In this document: positions 47,684-55,264 of the stretch, one piece after another
How the letters are laid out: every line of letters starts with the position of its first letter
Numbering within the stretch: position 1 is the first letter of the stretch
IMG/VR virus record: IMGVR_UViG_3300031784_000007
Source of the DNA: a virus
Lineage: Duplodnaviria; Heunggongvirae; Uroviricota; Caudoviricetes
Length of the DNA: 64,000 nucleotides
Reading direction: 5' to 3' (one strand)
Notes under the pieces: generated by a model
What the model was told of the DNA's origin: nothing
The model's database searches: none
The model's input: the letters and a program-made list of their open reading frames with translations, nothing else
Program-made: the position numbers and the translations under genes

Positions 47684-47758
47684 GGTGTAGGTAGCTCAGT
47701 AGGTAGAGCAACGGTTTGAAACCCCGTGTGCCGAGTGGTTCGATTCCCTCTCACACCA
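47684..47758 (+). tRNA. tRNA-like, probable second tRNA-Phe (GAA), with imperfect acceptor and T-stem pairing
   Basis: D arm tagctcagtaggtagagca, anticodon loop tTGAAac, GGTTCGATTCC T-loop; acceptor ggtgtag/tcacacc has an A-C mismatch and the T-stem pairs poorly. Confidence 0.4.
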
Positions 47759-47974
47759 CAAAATAATTAGATGGGCGTAATGAGGGATGGTACCCGAGTC
47801 CCCAAGATTGGCGGTCACCTGTAATTGGTGGTCGTTGCGTCGTAAGGTTGTCTAATCCGTCCTGAACGGTATCCGGTTCGAGACCGGCTCTAATTATGAA
47901 AAACTAACCCAGTTTCACAATGAAGGCTGATACCTTCGGAGTGGGGGTGACGGTCAGGAGAGACTGACAACCAT

Positions 47975-48079
47975 AGTCAGGTGGCGGAATAGTAGACGCA
48001 ACGAAAGTAAAGTAAGATGGCCCAAACCTTTAAGGTGCGAATAAGCTACTTTGTGCAGGTTCAAATCCTGTCCTGACTA
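47975..48079 (+). tRNA. tRNA-like chimera E1: agtcagg acceptor plus Leu-type D arm, a 56-nt non-tRNA core, then acagg-TTCAAAT-cctgt and cctgact acceptor
   Basis: Core contains a 6-bp helix aaagta/tacttt and no 7-nt anticodon loop. Confidence 0.4.
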
Positions 48080-48122
48080 CAGAGAGTTTTATCAACGGTT
48101 CTCACTAAAAAACCAAAGAAAT

Positions 48123-48200
48123 AGTCAGGTGGCGGAATGGTTAGACGCGACCACGTGAGTGGTCAAACCGGTGTTACAGGTTCGAATCCTGTCCTGACTA
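48123..48200 (+). tRNA. tRNA-like chimera E2: same acceptor/T-arm scaffold; the anticodon arm is replaced by a GNRA-capped hairpin gaccac-GTGA-gtggtc
   Basis: 6-bp perfect stem with a 4-nt GTGA loop; no anticodon possible. Confidence 0.45.
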
Positions 48201-48274
48201 CCAAGTAGAGAGAACCGTGAGTTTGCGGATGGAAACAACCATAAAACGAGCATACGTCATACTCTACTTAAAAT

Positions 48275-48366
48275 AGTCAGGTTTGGTACAAGGTCGGTTG
48301 GATTCCGATGGAAGGTTGTGGCAACGGGTAGCTCCCTGTAGAGAGGTTCGATTCCTCTCCTGACTA
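48275..48366 (+). tRNA. tRNA-like chimera E3: same acceptor scaffold; the interior carries the T-arm-like hairpin tcgg-TTGGATT-ccga and other stems
   Basis: agtcagg ... agagg-TTCGATT-cctct cctgact. Confidence 0.4.
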
Positions 48367-48478
48367 CCGAAGATATCTGTCTAAAAGGACAGGGTTAGCA
48401 ATTTGGAAAAGTACGGAGCGGATAATATCCCTTCTGAGCGAAATCCTTAGGTTGTAGAGGCTGTGGAGCGACACCATA

Positions 48479-48486
48479 TATCTTTG
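48479..48486 (+). promoter_or_regulatory. -7 promoter box TAtcTTTG, 8 nt before tRNA E4
   Basis: TAnnTTTG. Confidence 0.4.
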
Positions 48487-48493
48487 CAAATTT

Positions 48494-48566
48494 AGTCAGG
48501 TGGCGCAATGGTGAGCGCAGGATGCTTATATCATCAAGGTTATGGGTTCGAATCCCGTCCTGACTA
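48494..48566 (+). tRNA. tRNA-Ile (TAT) candidate; canonical type I member of the agtcagg family
   Basis: D gcgc-aatggtga-gcgc, anticodon stem ggatg/catca (top pair mismatched) with loop cTTATat, T arm atggg-TTCGAAT-cccgt. Confidence 0.55.
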
Positions 48567-48581
48567 CTAATAACAGGAAAT

Positions 48582-49190
48582 ATGAAATATACACTAAATT
48601 GTTACGGATGGCAAATGGAAGCAATCGGAAAATCATTAACCGATGAGCAAGTTTCAAAAATTAAAGAGTTTATGAGCGAAAATGGGTATGAAAATTTGTG
48701 GGAAGCCCGTTTTGAATTGGACCAACTTTTAGACATTGACATTTGGGATGGTGAACTGTTTCATTTATCAAAAGCGTTTGATAACGGAGGAATGAATTTT
48801 GTTATTGAGGATGAAGAAGGGAAAGAGGTGTTAAAATTTGATATTCAAGATATGTTGGCTTTGGATGAGGTGATTGATGATTATTACACACATAATCGTC
48901 TTGAAGAGTATAACGCATTTCCAAATGAAAATGGTAACAATAACGTTCTGTTGATGGTTGATGAGAATAAAGGTGGGTTGTATTACATGAACTTTGAGTC
49001 AGATGATGTTCCAACAGTAGAAGATTTTACATTTATGACAGGTAGTATTGTAACACCTGAAGGCGATTATGATTATATTGATAAAATTTTCTTTAAAACT
49101 GTTGAGTTAGAAATTGAGGATTATTTGGATAATTCGGGGAAAGCATCAACCGTTGAATTGTTTACATCTGATGGAGGGGTAATAAACTAA
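48582..49190 (+). CDS. hypothetical acidic protein within the tRNA island
   Basis: 202-aa ORF. Confidence 0.5.
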   Translation: MKYTLNCYGWQMEAIGKSLTDEQVSKIKEFMSENGYENLWEARFELDQLLDIDIWDGELFHLSKAFDNGGMNFVIEDEEGKEVLKFDIQDMLALDEVIDDYYTHNRLEEYNAFPNENGNNNVLLMVDENKGGLYYMNFESDDVPTVEDFTFMTGSIVTPEGDYDYIDKIFFKTVELEIEDYLDNSGKASTVELFTSDGGVIN

Positions 49191-49200
49191 TTATAGTTTT

Positions 49201-49274
49201 GGCGAGGTAGCTCAATTGGTTAGAGCGTCTGTTTCATACGCAGAAGGTTAACGGTTCGATTCCGTTCCTCGCTA
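49201..49274 (+). tRNA. tRNA-Met or Ile2 (CAT), elongator type
   Basis: Acceptor ggcgagg/cctcgct, anticodon stem tctgt/gcaga with loop tTCATac, T arm aacgg-TTCGATT-ccgtt. Confidence 0.75.
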
Positions 49275-49315
49275 CAAAGTTGATTATTCAAAACAAGTTA
49301 TTTATATTTTAACAG

Positions 49316-50584
49316 ATGGAAAAATTATCAAGAGTAGGGAACCAAATCGTCGGTTCTGAGATTATCAAAATCTCACAACAAATCAAAGAAATTGCAAAAA
49401 CAAAACCTGTATCAAACTTAACCATTGGTGACTTTAGTTCCAAATTATGGCCAATACCAACAAAATTAAGTGATTACATTCAAGAAGCTTATGAACATGG
49501 TTTAACAAATTATCCAAATTCACAAGGTGAAATTGAGTTAAGGGAATCTGTTTCAAAACATATTAAACATCAATTCAATGTTGATTATTCACCTGAAGAA
49601 ATCTTAATTGGTGGTGGTGTTAGACCTTTGATTTATACAGTTTATAAATCAATGGTAAATCCGGGTGAGGGTGTTATTTATCCAACACCATCTTGGAATA
49701 ACAACCATTATTGTTTTTTACATAACGCTGAAAAACAAGAAATTGAATGTTCACCTGAAAATTCATTTTTTCCAACCGTTGAAGATGTTAAAAATAAATT
49801 GAGGGACAATACATCTTTAATTTGTATTTGTTCACCACAAAATCCAACAGGTCGTGTAATTAATTCAGAAGTTTTGAAAGGTATTTGTCAGGTAATTGTT
49901 GATGAAAACAATATCAGAAAAAATCAAGCATATACAAGACCATTGTATTTGTTCTTTGACCAAATTTATTCTGACATTACCAAAGATGGTTTATTTGTAC
50001 ACCCATTAACACTGTGTCCTGAAATTAAAGATTATTTGATTTGTGCTGACGGTATTTCAAAATCATTAAACGCAACTGGTGTTCGTGTTGGTTGGTTGTT
50101 TGGACCAAAAGATGTGATTGGGAAAATGACTGAGGTCTTGTCTCATATCGGAGCTTGGGCACCAAAACCTGAACAAACAGCATTGGCCAGATACATCAAA
50201 GAAAATCATGATGATTATTTGTCACACATTGATTATGTTACAAAAGAGTATGAATATTTATCAACCCAAATATGTGAAAAGTTTCAAGAGTTGAAGACAA
50301 AGGGTTTAGATGTTGATTATCAAAAACCTGATGGTGGAATTTATATTTCAGTTTATTTGGGTTATGTCCATTCATTTTCATCTACAGAAGAATATATTTC
50401 GTTCTTAATTAATACTTGTGGATTGGGAATTGTTCCTTTTGAATATTTTGGTTCCAAAGAAAATAAAGGATGGTTTAGAATCTCAATTGGTAACATTTCA
50501 TCATTAAATTTGGATTTTATTCTTGATACAATTGAAAAATCCGTATTAAAATCAAATAGTTTTATAAATTCTATGGTATTTTGA
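49316..50584 (+). CDS. PLP-dependent aminotransferase, class I/II fold
   Basis: ICADGISKSLNATGVRVGWLFGP (SxSK...GxRxGW lysine motif); 422 aa. Confidence 0.6.
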   Translation: MEKLSRVGNQIVGSEIIKISQQIKEIAKTKPVSNLTIGDFSSKLWPIPTKLSDYIQEAYEHGLTNYPNSQGEIELRESVSKHIKHQFNVDYSPEEILIGGGVRPLIYTVYKSMVNPGEGVIYPTPSWNNNHYCFLHNAEKQEIECSPENSFFPTVEDVKNKLRDNTSLICICSPQNPTGRVINSEVLKGICQVIVDENNIRKNQAYTRPLYLFFDQIYSDITKDGLFVHPLTLCPEIKDYLICADGISKSLNATGVRVGWLFGPKDVIGKMTEVLSHIGAWAPKPEQTALARYIKENHDDYLSHIDYVTKEYEYLSTQICEKFQELKTKGLDVDYQKPDGGIYISVYLGYVHSFSSTEEYISFLINTCGLGIVPFEYFGSKENKGWFRISIGNISSLNLDFILDTIEKSVLKSNSFINSMVF

Positions 50585-50730
50585 TTGATTTTTTCAAAAT
50601 ATTACTATATTTAATAAGAAATCAAATAATAATACATTCGATGAAAACCATATTCATATTCGGCACACCAGCAACAGAGGGTGATACTTCCAAAGTGGAG
50701 ATGGGATAATATTGTAAAAAATCTTACAAA

Positions 50731-50760
50731 AACCCATCTCAAAAGGATGGGTTTTTTTTT
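50731..50760 (+). terminator. intrinsic terminator (CCCATC / GATGGG plus 9 T residues)
   Basis: Follows the aminotransferase gene. Confidence 0.7.
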
Positions 50761-50791
50761 GGTTATGTTTGTCAATATCAAAAAAATGTAT

Positions 50792-50799
50792 TAACTTTG
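50792..50799 (+). promoter_or_regulatory. -7 promoter box TAacTTTG
   Basis: Precedes the second copy of the 27-nt element and tRNA-Glu. Confidence 0.4.
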
Positions 50800-50837
50800 T
50801 ATTGTTGTTGAAGATGACAACAGAACAAAAAAGTTCT

Positions 50838-50864
50838 TTGACATGTTGGTAATAAAAAAATTGC
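50838..50864 (+). repeat. second copy of the 27-nt element aagttctttgacatgttggtaataaaaaa
   Basis: Matches 46088-46114. Confidence 0.5.
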
Positions 50865-50931
50865 TCGGTTCGTCTATCGGTTAGGACCTCAGGTTTTCAT
50901 CCTGGTAAGAGGGGTTCGACTCCCCTACCGA
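50862..50931 (+). tRNA. tRNA-Glu (TTC)
   Basis: Acceptor gctcggt/accgagt, anticodon stem tcagg/cctgg with loop tTTTCat, T arm agggg-TTCGACT-cccct. Confidence 0.7.
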
Positions 50932-51036
50932 GTACAAAAGTTATATCCTCAGGTACCCGTACAGTGGTGAGTAGGGTTAAATTAGATACAAGTTCTCGGA
51001 ACTGGAAGTAGAATGCCTGTACGATGTAACTTAAAT

Positions 51037-51111
51037 GCCTCCGTAGCTCAGTTGGCCAGAGCTACTGATTTGTAATCAGTGGGTCGGCGGTTCGAATCCG
51101 TCCGGAGGCTC
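51037..51111 (+). tRNA. tRNA-Thr (TGT), CCA encoded
   Basis: Acceptor gcctccg/cggaggc, anticodon stem actga/tcagt with loop tTTGTaa, T arm ggcgg-TTCGAAT-ccgtc. Confidence 0.8.
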
Positions 51112-51120
51112 CAAATAAAT

Positions 51121-51276
51121 AGTCAGGTGGCGAAATGCTTATAAGCAGACATATAGTCCCCTTATAACTTGGAAGACGCTTAGTCCTATGATGGTGTATG
51201 GTTGAAAGAGCTTACCTAGGACGAATGCCGTAACTGCAGTAATCCGGCGCTACAGGTTCGAGCCCTGTCCTGACTA
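51121..51276 (+). tRNA. tRNA-like chimera E5 (156 nt): agtcagg acceptor and acagg-TTCGAGC-cctgt cctgact ends around a structured insert of about 110 nt
   Basis: Insert hairpins include gctta/taagc and gtccta/taggac. Confidence 0.4.
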
Positions 51277-51305
51277 CAAACATTCAAGAGTAATTAACTT
51301 GAATA

Positions 51306-51371
51306 GGCTAATTAGTGGAGTGGTACCACAGAGGTGATTCTCAGACGCAGGTTCGATTCCTGTATTATCCA
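51306..51371 (+). pseudogene. truncated tRNA-like element (acceptor, D and T arms present; only 17 nt between D and T arms)
   Basis: ggctaat ... gtgg-agtggta-ccac ... gcagg-TTCGATT-cctgt attatcc. Confidence 0.3.
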
Positions 51372-51372
51372 C

Positions 51373-51590
51373 AAACCTCAGGATTAATTACCCTGAGACT
51401 GGAAGGTTCGAAACTTCCGATTGGTTATGGTGTATGGGGCACGGCAGAACGTAATTGGGATGCAGGATTAAGGTTCAAATCCTTATTAATCAGCAAATGG
51501 AGGTATGGGGTGAACCCCTGACACAAAGTACAAGTGATGGTACGTACGACCTATAGGTTACCAACCTCTAAACTAATTACAACTTTTTTA
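51373..51590 (+). pseudogene. block of degenerate tRNA-like fragments and small hairpins (T-loop-like GGTTCGAAACTTCC and AAGGTTCAAATCCTT; no complete cloverleaf)
   Basis: Manual inspection only. Confidence 0.25.
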
Positions 51591-51593
51591 AAT

Positions 51594-51665
51594 AGCGGGG
51601 TAGAGCAGAGGTAGCTTGCAAGGCTCATAACCTTGAGGTCACAGGTTCGAATCCTGTCCCCGCTA
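51594..51665 (+). tRNA. tRNA-Met or Ile2 (CAT), A1-U72
   Basis: Acceptor agcgggg/ccccgct, anticodon stem caagg/ccttg with loop cTCATaa, T arm acagg-TTCGAAT-cctgt. Confidence 0.7.
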
Positions 51666-51671
51666 CCAAAT

Positions 51672-51749
51672 TGTGATACAGGTGTAACGTCGGTCTCATG
51701 AACCGAATTGGGTCGCCCCCCGTCAGAGGTTCGAGTCCTCTAATCACAA
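51672..51749 (+). pseudogene. aberrant tRNA-like (CAT anticodon loop cTCATga, no proper D arm, 18-nt variable region)
   Basis: tgtgata ... tcggt-ctcatga-accga ... agagg-TTCGAGT-cctct aatcaca. Confidence 0.3.
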
Positions 51750-51756
51750 CCAAATA

Positions 51757-51840
51757 TATGGCGAGTTGGTGTAATGGTAACATATTGGGCTCATAACCCA
51801 AAGTTCTAGGTTCGAGTCCTAGGTTCGCAACCAAGTACCA
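51757..51840 (+). pseudogene. aberrant tRNA-like with CAT anticodon arm (ttggg-cTCATaa-cccaa) and a tandemly duplicated T-arm segment ctaggttcgagtcctaggttcgcaacc
   Basis: The 3' acceptor strand does not pair with any candidate 5' strand. Confidence 0.25.
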
Positions 51841-52040
51841 CGATGATTACCGTAAGAACATCACAGTGGTAGATAGAGTTAACGTGAATAACCCAAGGCA
51901 TAAGCGTTAACAACCCCCCATAAGAATATTTGGCCAATAGAAACTGTGGGGGTTTTTAAAATCTTGTGTCTTGGTACGCTCTGACGAAAGTTAACGACAA
52001 GGTCTCGGTGGACAGAACTAGTCTGATTCCACCCAAAAAT

Positions 52041-52112
52041 GCGAGTGTCGTATAAAGGCTATTACTCCAGCCTTCCAAGCTGGAGATGGGAGTTCGATTC
52101 TCCCCACTCGCT
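52041..52112 (+). tRNA. tRNA-Gly (TCC)
   Basis: Acceptor gcgagtg/cactcgc, anticodon stem ccagc/gctgg with loop cTTCCaa, T arm gggag-TTCGATT-ctccc. Confidence 0.75.
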
Positions 52113-52321
52113 CAAAAAGAACCTTTCCTTACGGAAGTCCGATTAGCGCGGATGAAAGGAACCTTGACTTTGTGGGAGTAATTACCCAACCGAAGTTTGA
52201 ATGACTCAAGGTACTCTGTAATGGACCCTGCTCTATGGTGCACACATAACAGGTGATGGGGAACAAACCATCGGTAAAATCTAAACCTACGGTGAGCGTA
52301 GAAGGAAAGTTTCTTTTTGTT

Positions 52322-52394
52322 GCGGGAGTAGCTCAGTTGGTAGAGCACAACCTTGCCAAGGTTGGGGTCGCCGGTTCGAATCCGGTCTCCCGCT
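52322..52394 (+). tRNA. tRNA-Gly (GCC)
   Basis: Acceptor gcgggag/ctcccgc, anticodon stem caacc/ggttg with loop tTGCCaa, T arm gccgg-TTCGAAT-ccggt. Confidence 0.8.
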
Positions 52395-52463
52395 CAAATG
52401 TGAATCTTAAAAAGGGCCCTTCCGTGTTTATTACGGCTTGTTGGGCCCGGATTTACTAACTAC

Positions 52464-52535
52464 GGTCCTGTAGTTAATCGGCTATAATATTGCCCTGTCA
52501 CGGCAAAGTGCCGGGTTCGATTCCCGGTGGGACCG
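52464..52535 (+). tRNA. tRNA-Asp (GTC)
   Basis: Acceptor ggtcctg/tgggacc (two GU pairs), anticodon stem ttgcc/ggcaa with loop cTGTCac, T arm ccggg-TTCGATT-cccgg. Confidence 0.7.
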
Positions 52536-52544
52536 CAAAAATAA

Positions 52545-52618
52545 GGGCTGTTAGCTCAGTTGGCTAGAGCACCTGCCTTGCACGCAGGGGGTCGACGGTT
52601 CGAATCCGTCACGGTCCA
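52545..52618 (+). tRNA. tRNA-Ala (TGC) with the G3-U70 identity pair
   Basis: Acceptor gggctgt/acggtcc, anticodon stem cctgc/gcagg with loop cTTGCac, T arm gacgg-TTCGAAT-ccgtc. Confidence 0.8.
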
Positions 52619-52627
52619 CAAAAAAAT

Positions 52628-52703
52628 AGCGTAGTAGAGGAGTCAGGTTTATCTCATCTGCTTTGGGAGCAGAGGCACGCTGGTTCGAATCCAGTCTACG
52701 CTA
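52628..52703 (+). tRNA. tRNA-Pro (TGG)
   Basis: Acceptor agcgtag/ctacgct, anticodon stem tctgc/gcaga with loop tTTGGga, T arm gctgg-TTCGAAT-ccagt; D loop unusually long. Confidence 0.65.
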
Positions 52704-52738
52704 CAATTATTTTTTATTATCAACGTGTATTTATAGTT

Positions 52739-54373
52739 ATGGTATTATTAGAAGGTAGAAAAGAAGACATTTATAACAAATACAAAGGACAGATTGATGC
52801 CGATAGGAAATTAGATTCATCTTTTGAACCATTATCAATTTATGACATATTGATTGGGGAGCCGTTTTTACAACAAACAAACTACAAATATTTAGAACCT
52901 TTAGTACAACAATATTTTTTCAACAACGAAGTTTATCCAAGACAAGGTAAAGAGTTGGAAGAACTTGAACCAAATCACCCTAACACAGCAATTGAGTCTA
53001 TACGTAGCAAAAGACAATTTGTTCAGAATGTTGTATCAAAAGTTGAATTCTTTGATAAGAATAAAGACAAATACCCTAAAAAAGATTTAAGGGAATATAT
53101 TGGAGATTGGTTTGAAAGAGATTTTTTGGATTTTACAGATGATTTAATTAAAAAATCTTCAATTAAACAAGAGGAAAAGAAAGCTAGAAAAGAAGTTGAG
53201 AAAATCTACGATAGTGATACGGTTTTAATAGTGAAACCAAAAACACATACGGCATCTTGTTATTATGGTGCAGGTACCAAATGGTGTACGACAATGAAGG
53301 ATAACACATCCTATTTTGATAATTACACAAAAAATGCAAATCTTTATTATATAATTGTTAAAAAGAAAAAAGTATCTGATAGATTTTATAAAATAGCCCT
53401 TAGTATCAGACCAGGTCAGAAATTAATTGATGCCGAGTGGTATGATGTTTTGGATAATATGTTAGGTTATAGTGAAAAAGATTTATTCCTAACAATTATC
53501 CCACAAAAAGCTATTGATTCAATTTATGAAGATTTAAAACAGTTAAAAGATTCTTGGTTTACTAAAGAATTGGTTCCAACAATTCCAAAAACAGCTTTAA
53601 TGCAGGCAGGTTCTAGATTTTTTTTAAGTGGTACTAAATCAGTAAATATTGCGTTAAGATTTGAACAATTTGAATTACATGATGATTTGGGTGATGTTGA
53701 AGAGGATGGTGAATTTCAAAGATTTACCGCAAAATATAGACTTTCAGAATTCAATCAAACTGAAATGGAATTAGTTGACCCTGATGAGGATTCTCATTTT
53801 TATGAAGACGGTTCAGTTTATGGTGTAGTATTGGCAGGTGAAAACACATATCAAATTATTTTAAATTTTGAACAAGATGATGATTATGGTAATGATTATC
53901 TTTTAAATTACGGAGAACAATTACAAACTGATGGTAATTTTAATAAAGATAAGTCTTTTTCGGTGACAATGCACAAAATGTTAGATAAAACATTAGATAA
54001 AATTACAAGTTATGATTATTTCAAAGCTAAATTAAGGGAATTTAGTGAGAAAAAAGGTATTAATAGAAAATACACATTAGCTGGTTATACCTTTACTAAA
54101 GGTGGTAAATTAACAAGAGCGTTGATTAATTATATTGATTCATTACCTGAAGGTGTTGTTGGTAATAAATTAGATTTCTTAAAAAGAACAGGTCAAGTTA
54201 CTGTTACACCCCAAGGAAGTTTTAGTAAAACAGGAAGACAAATATCACTTCAAGGATATCTATCATCTTTCTTTTCAGCGGCAAACCAAGCCGGAATTAT
54301 TCAAAAACCTAAGGGTAAAAATGGATACATTAAAGGTCCAAATTTTGACAAATACAAGGAAAAATTCTCTTAA
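52739..54373 (+). CDS. hypothetical protein with the SCxYGAxTKWC...YFDNYT domain (paralogue of 10037-12187)
   Basis: LIVKPKTHTASCYYGAGTKWCTTMKDNTSYFDNYTKNANLYYII. Confidence 0.6.
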   Translation: MVLLEGRKEDIYNKYKGQIDADRKLDSSFEPLSIYDILIGEPFLQQTNYKYLEPLVQQYFFNNEVYPRQGKELEELEPNHPNTAIESIRSKRQFVQNVVSKVEFFDKNKDKYPKKDLREYIGDWFERDFLDFTDDLIKKSSIKQEEKKARKEVEKIYDSDTVLIVKPKTHTASCYYGAGTKWCTTMKDNTSYFDNYTKNANLYYIIVKKKKVSDRFYKIALSIRPGQKLIDAEWYDVLDNMLGYSEKDLFLTIIPQKAIDSIYEDLKQLKDSWFTKELVPTIPKTALMQAGSRFFLSGTKSVNIALRFEQFELHDDLGDVEEDGEFQRFTAKYRLSEFNQTEMELVDPDEDSHFYEDGSVYGVVLAGENTYQIILNFEQDDDYGNDYLLNYGEQLQTDGNFNKDKSFSVTMHKMLDKTLDKITSYDYFKAKLREFSEKKGINRKYTLAGYTFTKGGKLTRALINYIDSLPEGVVGNKLDFLKRTGQVTVTPQGSFSKTGRQISLQGYLSSFFSAANQAGIIQKPKGKNGYIKGPNFDKYKEKFS

Positions 54374-54459
54374 GATTATTTTTTAATTATTTTTTACTTT
54401 TTTTTGGTTTTTGCGGTTGAAATTGCACATTTTTTGATATATATTGTTTGACTAAAGCA

Positions 54460-54624
54460 ATGGACCCAAACGAAAAAACCACCGAACAAGATTTCAACAC
54501 GATTTTGGATAATTTTATATCCGATGATAAATCTGCGCAAGACGAAAATCCTCAGATTGAGTATTCGTTTTGGGAAGACGAGTGGGACAATTGTAATGGT
54601 GATATTATCTTATTTATTTAAAGA
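54460..54624 (+). CDS. small acidic protein (54 aa, not in ORF track)
   Basis: MDPNEKTTEQDFNTILDNFISDD.... Confidence 0.3.
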
Positions 54625-54746
54625 AATATTCTAAAAAACCAATTGCGCTTAACCCGAGCAACAGTATTACACAAATTATTGTACTCCAAAAAAACATTTT
54701 GTAAGAAAACTGAATATTTTCTTGTTTCTTACCTTGCCATTCAAAT

Positions 54747-55196
54747 TCATTGTCCTTCATAATATTGTATCATTTTTTTTGCGTTATTTATTAACCAATT
54801 TTCAACATTAGGTATTCTTCTTAAAAATTCTAATTCAGTGTAATAACAGAAAACCTCTTCTTCAATTGGGGTATATTTTATTTTTTGTTTTATAATTCTT
54901 AAATGATGTGATTCATGTACTAAAATTGCTGAAATGTTGTTTAAACAACTATGGGTGGCATCTTTTCTTGTTATAACAACTGTTTGACTGTCCTCAACTG
55001 TTGAGAAGTTCCCATTCCAAAATGAAACATTCTTACAATACTTTAAAATAACATTATAATTTGTTGTATCATATTTTTTAACTATCTGAAGAGCTGAATC
55101 AACTCGTAGTCTCCAATTGTCGCCCACATCATCAATTTTTATTTGTGAATATCCAAATATTGGTATATAAAAAAGAATTAAAACTAACCACTTCAT
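54747..55196 (-). CDS. secreted protein with a possible HExxH motif (VHESHHL)
   Basis: Signal peptide MKWLVLILFYIPIFGYSQ. Confidence 0.45.
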   Translation of the reverse strand: MKWLVLILFYIPIFGYSQIKIDDVGDNWRLRVDSALQIVKKYDTTNYNVILKYCKNVSFWNGNFSTVEDSQTVVITRKDATHSCLNNISAILVHESHHLRIIKQKIKYTPIEEEVFCYYTELEFLRRIPNVENWLINNAKKMIQYYEGQ

Positions 55197-55264
55197 CTTA
55201 ATGTTAAATATACACTAACAAGACACTAATGTCCACATAGTCATATTTATAGGTAATTACCAAG

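Noticed and set aside
47764-47906. Additional tRNA with an intron (acceptor aattaga/tctaatt, T-like ccgg-TTCGAGA-ccgg)
   Set aside because: All-AT acceptor, non-canonical T-loop, and no D or anticodon arm could be fitted; left unannotated as a possible tRNA-like remnant.
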